Source: Patescibacteria group bacterium (GTDB lineage: Bacteria > Patescibacteriota > Patescibacteriia > 2-01-FULL-39-33). From it: a stretch of 32,000 nucleotides of DNA. Made by a program: the position numbers and the translations under genes. Every line of letters begins with the position of its first letter. Position 1 is the first letter of the stretch. The stretch is taken from NCBI GenBank assembly GCA_041662745.1, contig JBAZRV010000001.1, forward strand, positions 1 to 32,000, read 5' to 3'. Positions 17,890-28,650 of the stretch are shown here, one piece after another. The notes beneath the pieces are model-generated. The model was not told the origin of the DNA. It saw only the letters and a list, made by a program, of their open reading frames with translations, and ran no database searches.

Positions 17890-17911
17890 AAAATGTAACT
17901 TTTTAAATTAA

Positions 17912-17943
17912 AAAGACGAGGCGTCAAAACCTCGTCTTTTATA
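17912..17943. terminator. Bidirectional intrinsic terminator between the ncRNA-locus ORFs and leuS
   Basis: AAAAAGACGAGG-cgtcaaaa-CCTCGTCTTTTT. Confidence 0.88.
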
Positions 17944-17958
17944 ATTGAATAATTAAAA

Positions 17959-20877
17959 TCAAACCACAATACTGACCAACTTGCCTTTAATAAAAATAAC
18001 TTTCTTGGGCTCGCCAGTCAAATATCTTTTAACGTTTGCATCATTAAGCGCCGCGGCCTTGGCTGTCTCCTCCGTTACATCCGTCGGTAAAACCAATTTT
18101 GCTCTAATTTTGCCATTAACCTGCACTGGAATTTCCTTTTCAGCATCAACGACTTTAGCCGGATCATACTCTGGCCATTTTTCTTTAAAAATACTAGTTT
18201 CGTGCCCGAGCTGATACCATAATTCTTCACACATATGTGGAGCAAAAGGAGATAAGATAATTAGAAACGATTTTTTGATAAATTCTAAAGAAGCCTCATC
18301 TATTTTTTGTTTATCTACTTTTTTTTCTACTTCATTTTTCCCTGTATTCCAAAAATTTATCAAAATCATAAATTGAGAAATCGCGGTATTAAACTTCATT
18401 TCTTCTATATCTTCCCCAGCTTTCTTTATTATCCTATGCATTTCTCTAATCATCCAACCTTCATTAGGTGATATCTTATTCCACCAATCTTTATCCTGAT
18501 AAAATTCCCAAACCTTATTCAAAAACCGATGCACGCCCAAAATATTTTTTGTACTCCAGGGTTTCATATCTTCCAAGGGGCCCATAAACATTTCATACAT
18601 GCGGAAAGTGTCGGCGCCATATTCTTTCAGGATGTCATCGGGATTAACCACATTGCCGCGAGACTTAGACATCTTCTCTCCATCCTCTCCCAAAATCAAA
18701 CCCTGATTAACCAGCTTGGCAAACGGCTCCTCAAACGGCACTGCTTCAATATCAAATAGAACCATATTCCAGAACCGAGCATAAAGCAAATGCAAAACCG
18801 CATGCTCAGCACCGCCCAAATACAAATCAACCGGCAACCAATACTTCAATTTTTCTTGATCGGCGAAAGCTTTGTCATTGTGCGAATCAATATATCTTAA
18901 CCAATACCAAGAAGAACCGGCCCATTGGGGCATAGTGTTGGTTTCGCGCTTAGCCGGACCGCCGCAGGTAGGGCAAGTCGTATTAACCCACTCGTCAATG
19001 GTCGCGAGCGGCGACTCGCCCGTTCCGGTCGGTTCGTATTTTTCTACTTCCGGCAAAGTCAAAGGCAAGTCTTTTTCCTCAAGCGGCACAATACCGCATT
19101 TCTCGCAGTGAACTAACGGAATCGGCTCGCCCCAATAGCGTTGGCGCGAAAATACCCAGTCGCGCAATTTATAATTAATCGCTTTCTGTCCGCAGCCCTT
19201 CTCTTCCAGCCAATCAGTCATCTTACCAATTGCTTTGGCCGGCGCCAAACCATTTAAAAATTCAGAATTAACCATCAAGCCATTATCAACATCGGTATAG
19301 GCGATATCGCCTTTTTTAATCCGCTCCAACCAAATATCCATTTCGGCATGAACCATAAAATCCAAAGTCAGCTCGTCCGGATTCTTCCATAAAATCTCAT
19401 TCTGAGCTTCCTTTTCCTCGTCAGAAATATCCACCTGTTCCTCATCAATTAAATCAAACTCTACTAAGTTGGTATAAGAAACACGATTAACATCTTTGTG
19501 ATTAGCAAAATATTCGGCTCGCACCTGTCCGCCCAAAATCTTGCCATTAGCAAGATTCTTATAACCGGTTTCTTCCAGAACTTCCCGCTTGGCCGCTGCC
19601 AGTAAATCCTCATCTTGGCCAACACCGCCCATCGGAAAAGTAACCCAGTTATATTTGTGGGAATGCAAGCATAAGATTTTTCCGGTTTTAGGATTTCTAA
19701 CCACTACTTGGACGTTATGCCTCTCAATTTTTTCCTTGCCAACGACCGGTGGGTTCCTTTTATCGATCCTCTCCGGAATAATCACTTCAATAATGGGCAA
19801 ATCAAACTTCTTGGCAAACTCGAAATCCCGCTCATCATGCGCCGGCACCGCCATAATCGCGCCCGTGCCATAGGTCGCCAAAACATAATCGGAAATCCAG
19901 ATAGGAATTTCAGTATTATTGACGGGATTAATCGCCTTAATGCCTTTTAATTCAACGCCGGTTTTGTCTTTATTCAATTCTGTCCTTTCCAAATCTGATT
20001 TATTTTTAGCAGTTACAATATAATCTTCAACTTCAGGAAAGTTACTGATTTTATCTTTCAATTCTTGAACCAATTTATGCTCCGGCGCCAAAACCATATA
20101 AGTCGCGCCGAATAAAGTGTCGGGGCGCGTAGTATAAACCCTGATTTTTTCATCACTATCGGCAATCTTAAAATCAACTTCCGCTCCCTCGCTTCGGCCG
20201 ATCCAATTTCTCTGCAAAGTTTTGATTGATTCCGGCCAAGCCAGTTTTTCAACTCCCTCTAACAATCTATCGGCATAAGCGGTAATCTTTAACATCCATT
20301 GGCGCATATCGCGGCGCTCCACTGCCGTACCGCAACGATCGCATTTGCCGTCTTTGACTTCTTCATTAGCTAAACCGGTCTTGCAAGACGGACAGAAATT
20401 TATCGGTATGGTGGCTTCATAAGCCAAGCCCTTTTTAAATAATTGCAAAAAAATCCACTGCGTCCATTTGTAATATTTCGGGTCAGTCGTATCCACTTCC
20501 CTGTCCCAATCATAGGAGAATCCCAGTGATTGGATTTGGCGTTTGAAAGTAGCGATATTGGCCTCGGTCGTAATTCGCGGATGCGTGCCGGTTTTAATGG
20601 CATAATTTTCGGCCGGCAAACCAAAGGCGTCCCAACCCATGGGGTGTAAGACATTAAAACCCTTGAGACGCAAATAACGGGAATAAATGTCAGTTGCCGT
20701 ATAGCCTTCCGGATGACCGACATGGAGTCCGGCTCCTGACGGATAAGGGAACATATCCAAAACATACTTTTTAGGCTTGACACTAAAATCTTCGGCCTGA
20801 TCAATTTTGGTGTTCAACCACTTGTCTTGCCATTTTTTTTCTCCGCCCGAAATGATGAATTCTTTGTATGAAGCCAT
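17959..20877 (-). CDS. leuS: Leucyl-tRNA synthetase with embedded Nudix domain
   Basis: 972 aa; [19 protein letters not shown] (HIGH-type), [14 protein letters not shown] (KMSKS), editing motifs [18 protein letters not shown] and [16 protein letters not shown]; Nudix insertion at about 19370-19719 with [23 protein letters not shown]. Confidence 0.97.
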   Translation of the reverse strand: MASYKEFIISGGEKKWQDKWLNTKIDQAEDFSVKPKKYVLDMFPYPSGAGLHVGHPEGYTATDIYSRYLRLKGFNVLHPMGWDAFGLPAENYAIKTGTHPRITTEANIATFKRQIQSLGFSYDWDREVDTTDPKYYKWTQWIFLQLFKKGLAYEATIPINFCPSCKTGLANEEVKDGKCDRCGTAVERRDMRQWMLKITAYADRLLEGVEKLAWPESIKTLQRNWIGRSEGAEVDFKIADSDEKIRVYTTRPDTLFGATYMVLAPEHKLVQELKDKISNFPEVEDYIVTAKNKSDLERTELNKDKTGVELKGIKAINPVNNTEIPIWISDYVLATYGTGAIMAVPAHDERDFEFAKKFDLPIIEVIIPERIDKRNPPVVGKEKIERHNVQVVVRNPKTGKILCLHSHKYNWVTFPMGGVGQDEDLLAAAKREVLEETGYKNLANGKILGGQVRAEYFANHKDVNRVSYTNLVEFDLIDEEQVDISDEEKEAQNEILWKNPDELTLDFMVHAEMDIWLERIKKGDIAYTDVDNGLMVNSEFLNGLAPAKAIGKMTDWLEEKGCGQKAINYKLRDWVFSRQRYWGEPIPLVHCEKCGIVPLEEKDLPLTLPEVEKYEPTGTGESPLATIDEWVNTTCPTCGGPAKRETNTMPQWAGSSWYWLRYIDSHNDKAFADQEKLKYWLPVDLYLGGAEHAVLHLLYARFWNMVLFDIEAVPFEEPFAKLVNQGLILGEDGEKMSKSRGNVVNPDDILKEYGADTFRMYEMFMGPLEDMKPWSTKNILGVHRFLNKVWEFYQDKDWWNKISPNEGWMIREMHRIIKKAGEDIEEMKFNTAISQFMILINFWNTGKNEVEKKVDKQKIDEASLEFIKKSFLIILSPFAPHMCEELWYQLGHETSIFKEKWPEYDPAKVVDAEKEIPVQVNGKIRAKLVLPTDVTEETAKAAALNDANVKRYLTGEPKKVIFIKGKLVSIVV

Positions 20878-20972
20878 AAAAAAACGCTTTAATTTAGATA
20901 TTTAAAGATTACCACAAACTAAAGCCTTTTTCAACGGCCATTCTCACCGACTTGGTTTGTTGACATTTTCTG

Positions 20973-21001
20973 TTGACATTTTCAGCAACCTTTGCTATAA
21001 T
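20973..21001 (+). promoter_or_regulatory. Consensus sigma70 promoter (TTGACA-17-TATAAT) for the ankyrin gene
   Basis: TTGACA 20973-20978, 17 nt spacer, TATAAT 20996-21001. Confidence 0.88.
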
Positions 21002-21129
21002 AGTCTATTACTATCAGAACATTGACATTTTAATACAAATAACCCGTTAAAATTTAGTTCTGGGCTGGAAGTTTTGCAATTTCTATAAACATTATTAGCA
21101 AACAAAAACCAAACAAAAAGGAGAGGCAA

Positions 21130-21873
21130 ATGACCGAAAGTAAAGACGGGGCAAATATTGGTAAACCCCAAAACGCTGACGATTATGAGAAGGCTACTCG
21201 CTATAAATTAATAGAATATTGCGCTGGAGGCAACAGTAATACCTGCTTAGCATTCTTAGCGAATTACTGCTCCACGCGCTTTTATCCTCGTCGTCTTGAT
21301 TTTAACGCTTATAGCGTCAAAGAACATCCAACAGAGGATCTTAGCGCCTTAACTCCGCTTACCGCTGCTTGCGGCTTAACATTGACTGGCAGCTTCGCCA
21401 GACGAAGCGAAGAAGATAAACGGTTAGAAATCGTCAAAAAGTTATTGCAATACCATACCGATCCCAATTTCCAACCGACCGGCAGTAGCTTCTGGAATAC
21501 GCCTCTCATGATCGCGGCTTGGATCGGCTACGAAAAAATAACCGAACTGCTTCTGCGATATGGCGCCGCGATCAATTGTTCTGATCGCCATAATTCTACT
21601 GCCTTGATTTATGCGGCCGGCCAAGGCCACAAAAAAATCGTTGAACAATTGCTTGAGGCTGGCGCTGATCCAGAAATAATCAATAGCCGAGGCTGGTCGG
21701 CCATTCACTATGCAGTGGCCAAAGCCTACATTGGAATAATCAGAATTTTAATGAAAAAACAAGGTATCACTCCTGAGGAACTGGGCCTGATTGAAAAAAG
21801 CGTTTTCCAGAAAACCAACGTTAAAATCGTTAGCCCGACAATCGTCCAAAACACCTATCCGGCGCCAGGCTGA
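21130..21873 (+). CDS. Ankyrin-repeat protein (247 aa)
   Basis: Repeats such as TPLMIAAWIGYEKITELLLRYGAAINCSDRHNSTALIYAAGQGHKKIVEQLLEAGADPEIINSRGWSAIHYAVAKAYIGIIRILMK; RBS AGGAGAGGCAA. Confidence 0.93.
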   Translation: MTESKDGANIGKPQNADDYEKATRYKLIEYCAGGNSNTCLAFLANYCSTRFYPRRLDFNAYSVKEHPTEDLSALTPLTAACGLTLTGSFARRSEEDKRLEIVKKLLQYHTDPNFQPTGSSFWNTPLMIAAWIGYEKITELLLRYGAAINCSDRHNSTALIYAAGQGHKKIVEQLLEAGADPEIINSRGWSAIHYAVAKAYIGIIRILMKKQGITPEELGLIEKSVFQKTNVKIVSPTIVQNTYPAPG

Positions 21874-21918
21874 TTATTAATGGCCGGCACAACCATTTTA
21901 CCTTAGCACTTTTTCCCT

Positions 21919-21956
21919 CCTCGCAAACAGCTGTCGGTTCGCGAGGATTTTTTATT
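21919..21956 (+). terminator. Intrinsic terminator of the ankyrin gene
   Basis: CCTCGC-aaacagctgtcggttc-GCGAGG followed by ATTTTTTATTTT. Confidence 0.7.
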
Positions 21957-21960
21957 TTAC

Positions 21961-21985
21961 AAAAACCGCCCCGAAAGAGGCGGTT
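21961..21985 (-). terminator. Intrinsic terminator of the 77-aa minus-strand gene
   Basis: Minus strand AACCGCC-tctttc-GGGGCGGTTTTTTG just after the stop at 21992. Confidence 0.75.
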
Positions 21986-21991
21986 GAAGTG

Positions 21992-22225
21992 CTAACTCAT
22001 AATCAGACGATCGGTTTTTTGTAAAAGCGCCACAACTTCCGGATCATCAATTTTGCCGATTAATTCCAAATCTCCGCTGTTTCGGATATCGGGCCCATAC
22101 TGCCTCAGCATCACGGTCAGTTGATCATCCGGCCCGAAAGCCGCCCGCATAGTCTGTGGCGCCGGCACCACCAGCCGCAAAATGCCAGTGGACTTTTCTT
22201 TAACGACCGTACCGAATGGAATCAT
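21992..22225 (-). CDS. Hypothetical protein (77 aa)
   Basis: Complete ORF with AGGAGGG Shine-Dalgarno upstream and its own terminator. Confidence 0.65.
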   Translation of the reverse strand: MIPFGTVVKEKSTGILRLVVPAPQTMRAAFGPDDQLTVMLRQYGPDIRNSGDLELIGKIDDPEVVALLQKTDRLIMS

Positions 22226-22294
22226 GGCTTACCCTCCTGATGTTTAGTTATTCCAAAATCAAGTACTGCAAAAAATTAAATTTATAAGTTTCGG

Positions 22295-25177
22295 CTATTT
22301 CAGTATTTTTTTCAAATACTGGCCGGTGTAACTTTCTTTGACTTTCGCCACATCATAAGGCGTGCCGCTGGCCACCACATAACCGCCTTTCTCCCCGCCT
22401 TCGGGACCCAAATCTATCACCCAGTCGGCCGACTTAATGACTTCCAAATTATGTTCAATGATCAATACGGAATTATCCTTATCAGCCAAGCGATTCAAGA
22501 CGTGCAATAAGCGTTTGATATCCTCAAAATGCAAGCCGGTAGTCGGCTCATCCAAAATATACAAAGTCTTGCCGGTCGGTCGGCGCGATAATTCCGTAGC
22601 CAGCTTGACCCTTTGCGCCTCACCGCCGGATAAAGTGGTGGCGGGCTGGCCCAATTTAAGATAGCCCAAACCGACTTGATCAAGGATGTCAAGCTTATCA
22701 ATGATCTGGTCATGACCGGAAAAAAACTTTTTGGCCTCGGTCACTGACATGGCCAAGACATCGGCGATATTCTTGCCCTTATAATAAATTTCCAGGGCGT
22801 CATGATTATAACGCTGGCCGTGGCATTCCTCGCACTCCACATAAACGTCAGGCAAGAATTGCATTTCAATCTTAACCAGGCCATCTCCCCCGCAAGTCTC
22901 GCAACGGCCTCCGCCCTTAACATTAAAAGAGAAATGACCTTGCTTAAACCCGCGCATCTTGGCTTCCGGCAATTCGGAAAACAAATCGCGGATATAAGTA
23001 AACACGCCGGTGTAGGTCGCGGGGTTGGAACGCGGCGTCCGGCCGATAGGCGACTGATTGATATCAATCACCTTATCCAAATTTTCCAATCCTTTGATCT
23101 CTTTATGCTGACCCGGCAAATCTTTGGTGCGATAAAATCTGTTGGATAAAGCTTTGGCTAAAATCTCATTCATTAGGGTTGATTTGCCGCTGCCGGATAC
23201 GCCGGTGATCACCACTAATTTTCCCAAGGGGATATTAACGGTGATATTTTTCAAATTGAACTCTTTAGCGCCGATGATTTCAATGAATTTGCCATTGCCT
23301 TCGCGCAACTGGCTTTTGGCCTCAATGCGCCTGACGCCCGCCAAATATTGGCCGGTCAAAGATTTCTTATTTTTCTTTACTTGGCTGATCGGACCTTCAG
23401 CTACCACTTCTCCGCCTAAAGCGCCGGCGCCGGGACCGATATCAATCAGCCAATCCGAAGCCTCCATAATCTGCTCATCATGTTCCACGACAATCACCGA
23501 ATTGCCCTTGTCGCGCAAGGTCTTCAAAGTATTGATCAACTTCTCCGTATTGCGCGGATGCAGGCCGATAGACGGTTCATCCAAAACGTAAGTTACCGAT
23601 TCCAAACCGGAACCGATCTGCACGGCCAAACGGATACGCTGAGCTTCGCCGCCGGCCAAGGTATTGGCGGCGCGCGACAAAGTCAAATATTCCAAACCGA
23701 CATTCCTCAAAAAAGATAATTTTTTCAACGCTTCGCGGATCAATTGTTTGGCTATCTTGCCTTCGCGTTTATCCTCCCATCTTTTGGTGAAACCCGATAA
23801 AAACTCTTCCAAATCAGACAAAGACAGATTGGTTACTTGGGAAATATTCTTGCCCTCCACTTTAACCGCCAAACTCTCCGGTTTCAGCCTGGTGCCATGG
23901 CAAGTGGGACAAGTGGACACGCGCATATAGTCCTCCAATGTCTTCTGCAAGTATTCCGACTTGGTATCGTTATATTTATCATCCAAAAATTTCAAAACGC
24001 CCTCAAACAGCAATGGTTTGCCGTCAACGTAATATTCCTTGCCGTCGCCTTCAAAAATCAAATCAACGACTTTCTCCGGCAACTCGGCCACCGACACATT
24101 CAAAGAAAAATCATGGGCTTTGGCGACCGCTTCCAATAATTTCATATTGGAATTTTGGCTGGCAAAATTGCGCGACCAGGGCTTAATGGCGCCCTCGGCC
24201 AAAGTCAAGCGCTTATTGGGTATGATCAGATCGCGATCAGGATTGAGTTTAACGCCTAAACCGCGGCAAGCCGGACAAGCGCCGAAAGGCGAGTTGAAAG
24301 AAAAGGATCGAGGCTCAATTTCCGGAATGCTTAATTGGCATTTAGCGCAAAAATAATAAAGATTGAAAGGGATTTCCTGAATCTTGTCGGGAGCCTGGGC
24401 GGAGGAAACAATGATATTCACAAAACCGTTGCTTAAGTCCAGGGCCAAAAGCAACGCCCTATTCAAACGTTGAAAAGATACATCCTTATCATCCTGCGCT
24501 TTAATTTCCTTAGTGATAGGCAAATTATCAAGTTGCACCTCAATCGTATGCGATAAATCCCTATCCAAAGACAATTTACCCCCGGAAATTTCATGGGCTT
24601 GATAAAAACTGCCGTCAATGCGGAAAATTTCGTAGTTAACGCGCAAAAGATTATCAATAATCTTGGCATGATTGCCTTTTTTGTTGATTACGACGGGCGA
24701 TAGAAGAGAAATACGGTTGCCTTCCGGCAATTTGGATAAACGTTCCAAGATCTGCCCGGCAGTCTGGCGGGTCAACGGTTCGCCGCATTTGTGGCAATGC
24801 ACTACGCCGACCTTGGCGTAAAGCAAACGCAAATAATCGTAAATTTCCGTTACCGTGCCGACAGTGGAACGGGGATTAATGGAAGAAGATTTCTGATCAA
24901 TGGCAATGGTCGGTGATAATCCCTCAATCGCGTCAACATCCGGCTTATCCATCAAATCCAAAAATTGTTTGGCATAGGAAGACAGGGATTCGGCATAGCG
25001 TCTTTGGCCTTCGGCATAAATGGTGTCAAAGGCTAATGACGATTTGCCTGAGCCGGACAAACCCGTAATAACCACTAATCGGTCTTTAGGAATGTCTACC
25101 GAGATGTTTTTCAAGTTGTTGACTCTGGCGCCACGGACGCTGATTTGTTTGCGATTAGAAGAAGGGGATTTTGGCAT
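22295..25177 (-). CDS. uvrA: Excinuclease ABC subunit UvrA
   Basis: 960 aa; [99 protein letters not shown], Zn-binding CETCGGDG. Confidence 0.98.
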   Translation of the reverse strand: MPKSPSSNRKQISVRGARVNNLKNISVDIPKDRLVVITGLSGSGKSSLAFDTIYAEGQRRYAESLSSYAKQFLDLMDKPDVDAIEGLSPTIAIDQKSSSINPRSTVGTVTEIYDYLRLLYAKVGVVHCHKCGEPLTRQTAGQILERLSKLPEGNRISLLSPVVINKKGNHAKIIDNLLRVNYEIFRIDGSFYQAHEISGGKLSLDRDLSHTIEVQLDNLPITKEIKAQDDKDVSFQRLNRALLLALDLSNGFVNIIVSSAQAPDKIQEIPFNLYYFCAKCQLSIPEIEPRSFSFNSPFGACPACRGLGVKLNPDRDLIIPNKRLTLAEGAIKPWSRNFASQNSNMKLLEAVAKAHDFSLNVSVAELPEKVVDLIFEGDGKEYYVDGKPLLFEGVLKFLDDKYNDTKSEYLQKTLEDYMRVSTCPTCHGTRLKPESLAVKVEGKNISQVTNLSLSDLEEFLSGFTKRWEDKREGKIAKQLIREALKKLSFLRNVGLEYLTLSRAANTLAGGEAQRIRLAVQIGSGLESVTYVLDEPSIGLHPRNTEKLINTLKTLRDKGNSVIVVEHDEQIMEASDWLIDIGPGAGALGGEVVAEGPISQVKKNKKSLTGQYLAGVRRIEAKSQLREGNGKFIEIIGAKEFNLKNITVNIPLGKLVVITGVSGSGKSTLMNEILAKALSNRFYRTKDLPGQHKEIKGLENLDKVIDINQSPIGRTPRSNPATYTGVFTYIRDLFSELPEAKMRGFKQGHFSFNVKGGGRCETCGGDGLVKIEMQFLPDVYVECEECHGQRYNHDALEIYYKGKNIADVLAMSVTEAKKFFSGHDQIIDKLDILDQVGLGYLKLGQPATTLSGGEAQRVKLATELSRRPTGKTLYILDEPTTGLHFEDIKRLLHVLNRLADKDNSVLIIEHNLEVIKSADWVIDLGPEGGEKGGYVVASGTPYDVAKVKESYTGQYLKKILK

Positions 25178-25251
25178 AAGGTATTTTAAGATATGTCAAC
25201 AAAAAGCATATCACAATTTGCTTGGCAGGTCAAGTAAGAATGAAAAAGAAT

Positions 25252-25280
25252 AAAAAAACGGGAGCTCTTGCGAACTCCCG
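25252..25280 (-). terminator. Intrinsic terminator downstream of the 321-aa gene
   Basis: Minus strand CGGGAG-ttcgcaagag-CTCCCG followed by TTTTTTT. Confidence 0.8.
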
Positions 25281-25305
25281 GCGGGGTAATGTGCAGCAAA
25301 GCGGT

Positions 25306-26271
25306 TCAATCATACTTCTCGTCAGAGAAGCGAAACCGCTCCAGAATTGAGAGCGGATACTGTTCAACTAAGATCCCTCGAGCCTCCCATTGGAAGCTGG
25401 TTTCACGGCCCTCGCCATGAATGTCCTGGATCTGCTGAGCGGGAATCACTTCAGCGTACTTCACCCACTCCCCACACTTCAGATAAGCCAGTCCATCCTC
25501 GCGTAGTGGTACCTGTGTCCAATGAACACGAGCCACCTCGCCGTTCGGCATTGCAATGGCGCCGAAACCGCGAGACAGATTCCAGAACAGAACGACAGAG
25601 TAAGACTCCGCCATTCCTCCCTCCTCAACACAATTCATGGAGGGAAGAGGCGGCGGCGGGTTCAGTATCAGCGTCTCCTCGGGCAAGAGGCCGTCTTCAC
25701 CTTGTTCCCAACCCATAAACTGAGCGGCCAACCAGTCATTTAGTTGCGGCCAATCCACAGTCGGAAAGTAAACGCCGGCGCCGTTCCAAATGGCCTGATG
25801 CTCACCGATCTTCTGCAGGGTGGCAAAGAATTTGCCCATCTGACTAACGATCGCCGCCTGCCAGATCACGATCCGGCCAAGCGAATCAATGCCGATCAGG
25901 TGCAGATTGTTGGTCTGTGGCATGGTGGTGAAACACTTATGCTTCTCCGACCAGGTGACCGGCACTGTCCGATTGAAGTTGACCGCAGTTTCCCGGCCGT
26001 CGTTTATAAGGCTCCGGGCTCGTTTCTCCACCAGATCGCCGCGGCCATTAGCCAGCAACACCATCCATGGTTTGGACGGTACTTCCGTCGGAGTGAAGGT
26101 AGTAACATCCAGCATGAACCGGCATGGATTCTCGGGGCATTCCTCCAGGGGTGTCACCCCAACGGACAGAGGAATATTGTTGAGCACCCCATCAACGACA
26201 AATTGCGCGTAGACCACCACTTCGGCCCCATCGATCGCGGGGATAACCCCTTGCTCTTGCATGGTCTTCAT
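25306..26271 (-). CDS. Hypothetical protein (321 aa), possible degenerate cold-shock-like C-terminal domain
   Basis: YSVVLFWNLSRGFGAIAMPNGEVARVHWTQVPLREDGLAYLKCGEWVKYA resembles a cold-shock domain core (KxFNxxKGFGFI...DVFVH); the rest is unrecognised. Confidence 0.7.
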   Translation of the reverse strand: MKTMQEQGVIPAIDGAEVVVYAQFVVDGVLNNIPLSVGVTPLEECPENPCRFMLDVTTFTPTEVPSKPWMVLLANGRGDLVEKRARSLINDGRETAVNFNRTVPVTWSEKHKCFTTMPQTNNLHLIGIDSLGRIVIWQAAIVSQMGKFFATLQKIGEHQAIWNGAGVYFPTVDWPQLNDWLAAQFMGWEQGEDGLLPEETLILNPPPPLPSMNCVEEGGMAESYSVVLFWNLSRGFGAIAMPNGEVARVHWTQVPLREDGLAYLKCGEWVKYAEVIPAQQIQDIHGEGRETSFQWEARGILVEQYPLSILERFRFSDEKYD

Positions 26272-26355
26272 GTCTCATCTCCTTGAATTGCCGGATCATT
26301 CCGGCTGGGCTTATGGACAAAACCGTCTGACTCACATTGCCAGGCAGTACGGACG

Positions 26356-26613
26356 CTAACAATCGGGACAGTAAGGTATAACATCCTCAGAAAACAACAC
26401 CTCCTTCGGTTGTTTGATTTGACCGCACTCAAAGGCGATTCTCGCTGCCTCCCGACGGTCAACAAACTCTCCGCCGTCAGTCACAAATCCCTGCTCCGCA
26501 CCACTGAAAAATCCGGGTGGCGCAGAATGGCCATATTTCTGAATAATCCTGCCGTGACGGCAGGCGACGAATATCTCTCCGTCCTGTTGACGAATGGCCG
26601 CTTGCACGATCAC
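26356..26613 (-). CDS. Small hypothetical protein (85 aa) of a type often seen in phage/accessory contexts
   Basis: GTG start after GGAGGAATAAGA; MIVQAAIRQQDGEIFVACRHGRII...QGFVTDGGEFVDRREAARIAFECGQIKQPKEVLFSEDV. Confidence 0.7.
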   Translation of the reverse strand: MIVQAAIRQQDGEIFVACRHGRIIQKYGHSAPPGFFSGAEQGFVTDGGEFVDRREAARIAFECGQIKQPKEVLFSEDVIPYCPDC

Positions 26614-26615
26614 TC

Positions 26616-27080
26616 TTATTCCTCCTGCTTAATATATCGCCCCGTAGGATAGCCATCGGCTTGATATTCCTTAACATACCCGGGCTTCAACCGGTGGTCA
26701 ATCCAAATGCCGTAAACACGTTGGTTATGCGAATAGCTCGTATGAGTCACCTCCAACTTCCAATCAATCAAATCAAACCAGGGTTTTTCCAATTCAAAAC
26801 AATCCACTACACTTAAAATATTCCAAACCTCAAAAGTACCAATTCCCTCAACCACACTATAGGTATGGCTGTAGTTCCAATCCAATGGAATCCACGAATG
26901 ACTGCCAATGGTGATTGTTTCCCCAATGGAATCAACGATTGACCTAGAAGCAACGACTGACCGCTGTTGTTCCTCTGCTTGCTTCGGATCCTGCGAGCAC
27001 GAGGCGCCCACGACCATAACAACAATAATGAACCAAGCCACGCCGGTCGCTAAAGCCAAATTTTTCCAATTTTCGTTCAT
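26616..27080 (-). CDS. Membrane-anchored/lipoprotein-like hypothetical protein (154 aa)
   Basis: MNENWKNLALATGVAWFIIVVMVVGASCSQ...; AAGGAGGAC Shine-Dalgarno; stop lies a few nt from the next gene's start. Confidence 0.65.
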   Translation of the reverse strand: MNENWKNLALATGVAWFIIVVMVVGASCSQDPKQAEEQQRSVVASRSIVDSIGETITIGSHSWIPLDWNYSHTYSVVEGIGTFEVWNILSVVDCFELEKPWFDLIDWKLEVTHTSYSHNQRVYGIWIDHRLKPGYVKEYQADGYPTGRYIKQEE

Positions 27081-27212
27081 TGTAAAGTCCTCCTTCGGCC
27101 ATTACAGCCGAATTCAACTCGGGCTGATTCCCGAATTAATATATAATTATAGCAAATTTAAACAATTTTGTCAATACCTTTATCCACAACTGACATTTAT
27201 CTAAATTTAAAC

Positions 27213-27250
27213 AAAAAAATCGCCCAACCGCTAAAGCCGGACGATTTTTT
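27213..27250 (-). terminator. Intrinsic terminator
   Basis: Minus strand AAAATCGTCC...GGGCGATTTTTTT just after the 27267 stop. Confidence 0.65.
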
Positions 27251-27266
27251 AAAATTTAAATTCTGT

Positions 27267-27701
27267 TTATTTGATTTTGGTGCGTAAGCCGAAAAAATAC
27301 ACTAATGTCATCACCACCCAATAAATTCCTCCAATCAGGGATATAAGCCAACCAAGAATGGGAATAATAGCGACTAAACTGCAAACAATCGGAACCAAAA
27401 CTAAAATATAGAACCATTTTTTCTTTTCTTCATTAACAGCAATAAAGGCGGCTTTGTCGGTCATGCCCCAATGATAGATATTAATCAAACTCAAGACGGC
27501 CAAAACAATGCCGACGATCAAAAAAACAACGCCGAAAATAGCCATAGCGCCAACCATGGCGCCTAATCCTCCGCCCATCATGGCTCCGGCTCCGGTCGGA
27601 ATTTGAGCGGCTTGGGCCGCTTGCATAGCCTGGCGTTGCAATTCTTGCAGTTGCGCCGCGTCAGGCATCGTTCCCGCGGCTTGCAAAACTAATGCTAACA
27701 T
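27267..27701 (-). CDS. Multi-TM membrane protein (144 aa)
   Basis: Three or four hydrophobic segments (GAMVGAMAIFGVVFLIVGIVLAVLSLINIY, WFYILVLVPIVCSLVAIIPILGWLISLIGGIYWVVMTLVYF) after a Gln/Ala-rich N-terminus. Confidence 0.75.
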   Translation of the reverse strand: MLALVLQAAGTMPDAAQLQELQRQAMQAAQAAQIPTGAGAMMGGGLGAMVGAMAIFGVVFLIVGIVLAVLSLINIYHWGMTDKAAFIAVNEEKKKWFYILVLVPIVCSLVAIIPILGWLISLIGGIYWVVMTLVYFFGLRTKIK

Positions 27702-27752
27702 ATTATCACCTCCCTTCTTTATGATTTATCTTTGACTTTCTATTTGCCTAAC

Positions 27753-28646
27753 TTACATCAACTCAAACCTCTTGATATTCTCCTCGCAAATATCTTGCAA
27801 TTTTTTAAGTTCGGCTTCCGCCCCCGGCTTGAACAAATGTTTAAAGCGTTTCTGCAGTTTTAAAAATTCTTCCACCGGTTTCTTCTGGGTAACCTTCATT
27901 TTATTGGTCAGCTCGCCATTGACATACTCCACAATCGGATAATAACCCGTCTGCACGGCCAGTTTGGCGACGTTAATCGTGTCTTTGGGATCTATGCCCC
28001 AACCCGGCACGCACGGCACATACAGTTGCAAATACTTCGGCCCCTTGACGCTCAGCGCTTTCTTAACCTTGGCAACCAAATCGGCGGGATAACCGACAGT
28101 GGCCGTAGCGACGTAAGGCACATGATGCGCTAAAGCGATGGCCACCATGTCCTTTTTCCTGGTGGGATTGCCGAAGGACTTTTTACCGGCCGGAGCGGTG
28201 GTGGTGTTGGCGTCAAGCGGCGTGGATCCCGATGTCTGATAGCCGGTATTCTCATACGCCTCATTGTCATAACAGACATACAAAACATTGTCACCTCGTT
28301 CCCATAGGCCGGAAATATGGCCCAAACCGATGTCAAAAGTGGCGCCATCGCCACCCAGGGCGATAACATTCACTTCCCGATCCTTGCCCTCATGTTTTAA
28401 GGCGTAATAAATGCCCGAAGCCAGACAGGAAGAATTTTCAAACAATGAATGAATCCACGGCACCTTGAACGCGGTCATGGGATATTGCGTCGTGGTTACT
28501 TCGCTGCAACCAGTGGCATTGGTCAGGATAGTATTGGGTCCGGCCGTATCAGTTACCAGCCGAGCGGCAATAATCATGCCGCAACCGGCGCAAGCCGAAT
28601 GGCCGGGATTAAGAATATGGGATAATGGCGCTTTATATTTTTTCAT
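27753..28646 (-). CDS. porB: 2-oxoacid (pyruvate):ferredoxin oxidoreductase, beta subunit
   Basis: Likely start MKKYKAPLSHILNPGHSACAGCGMIIAARLV; GDGATFDIGLGHISGLWERGDNVLYVCYDNEAYENTGYQ is the TPP-binding region; the track ORF start (28847) overlaps porA and is not credible. Confidence 0.93.
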   Translation of the reverse strand: MKKYKAPLSHILNPGHSACAGCGMIIAARLVTDTAGPNTILTNATGCSEVTTTQYPMTAFKVPWIHSLFENSSCLASGIYYALKHEGKDREVNVIALGGDGATFDIGLGHISGLWERGDNVLYVCYDNEAYENTGYQTSGSTPLDANTTTAPAGKKSFGNPTRKKDMVAIALAHHVPYVATATVGYPADLVAKVKKALSVKGPKYLQLYVPCVPGWGIDPKDTINVAKLAVQTGYYPIVEYVNGELTNKMKVTQKKPVEEFLKLQKRFKHLFKPGAEAELKKLQDICEENIKRFELM

Positions 28647-28650
28647 AAAA

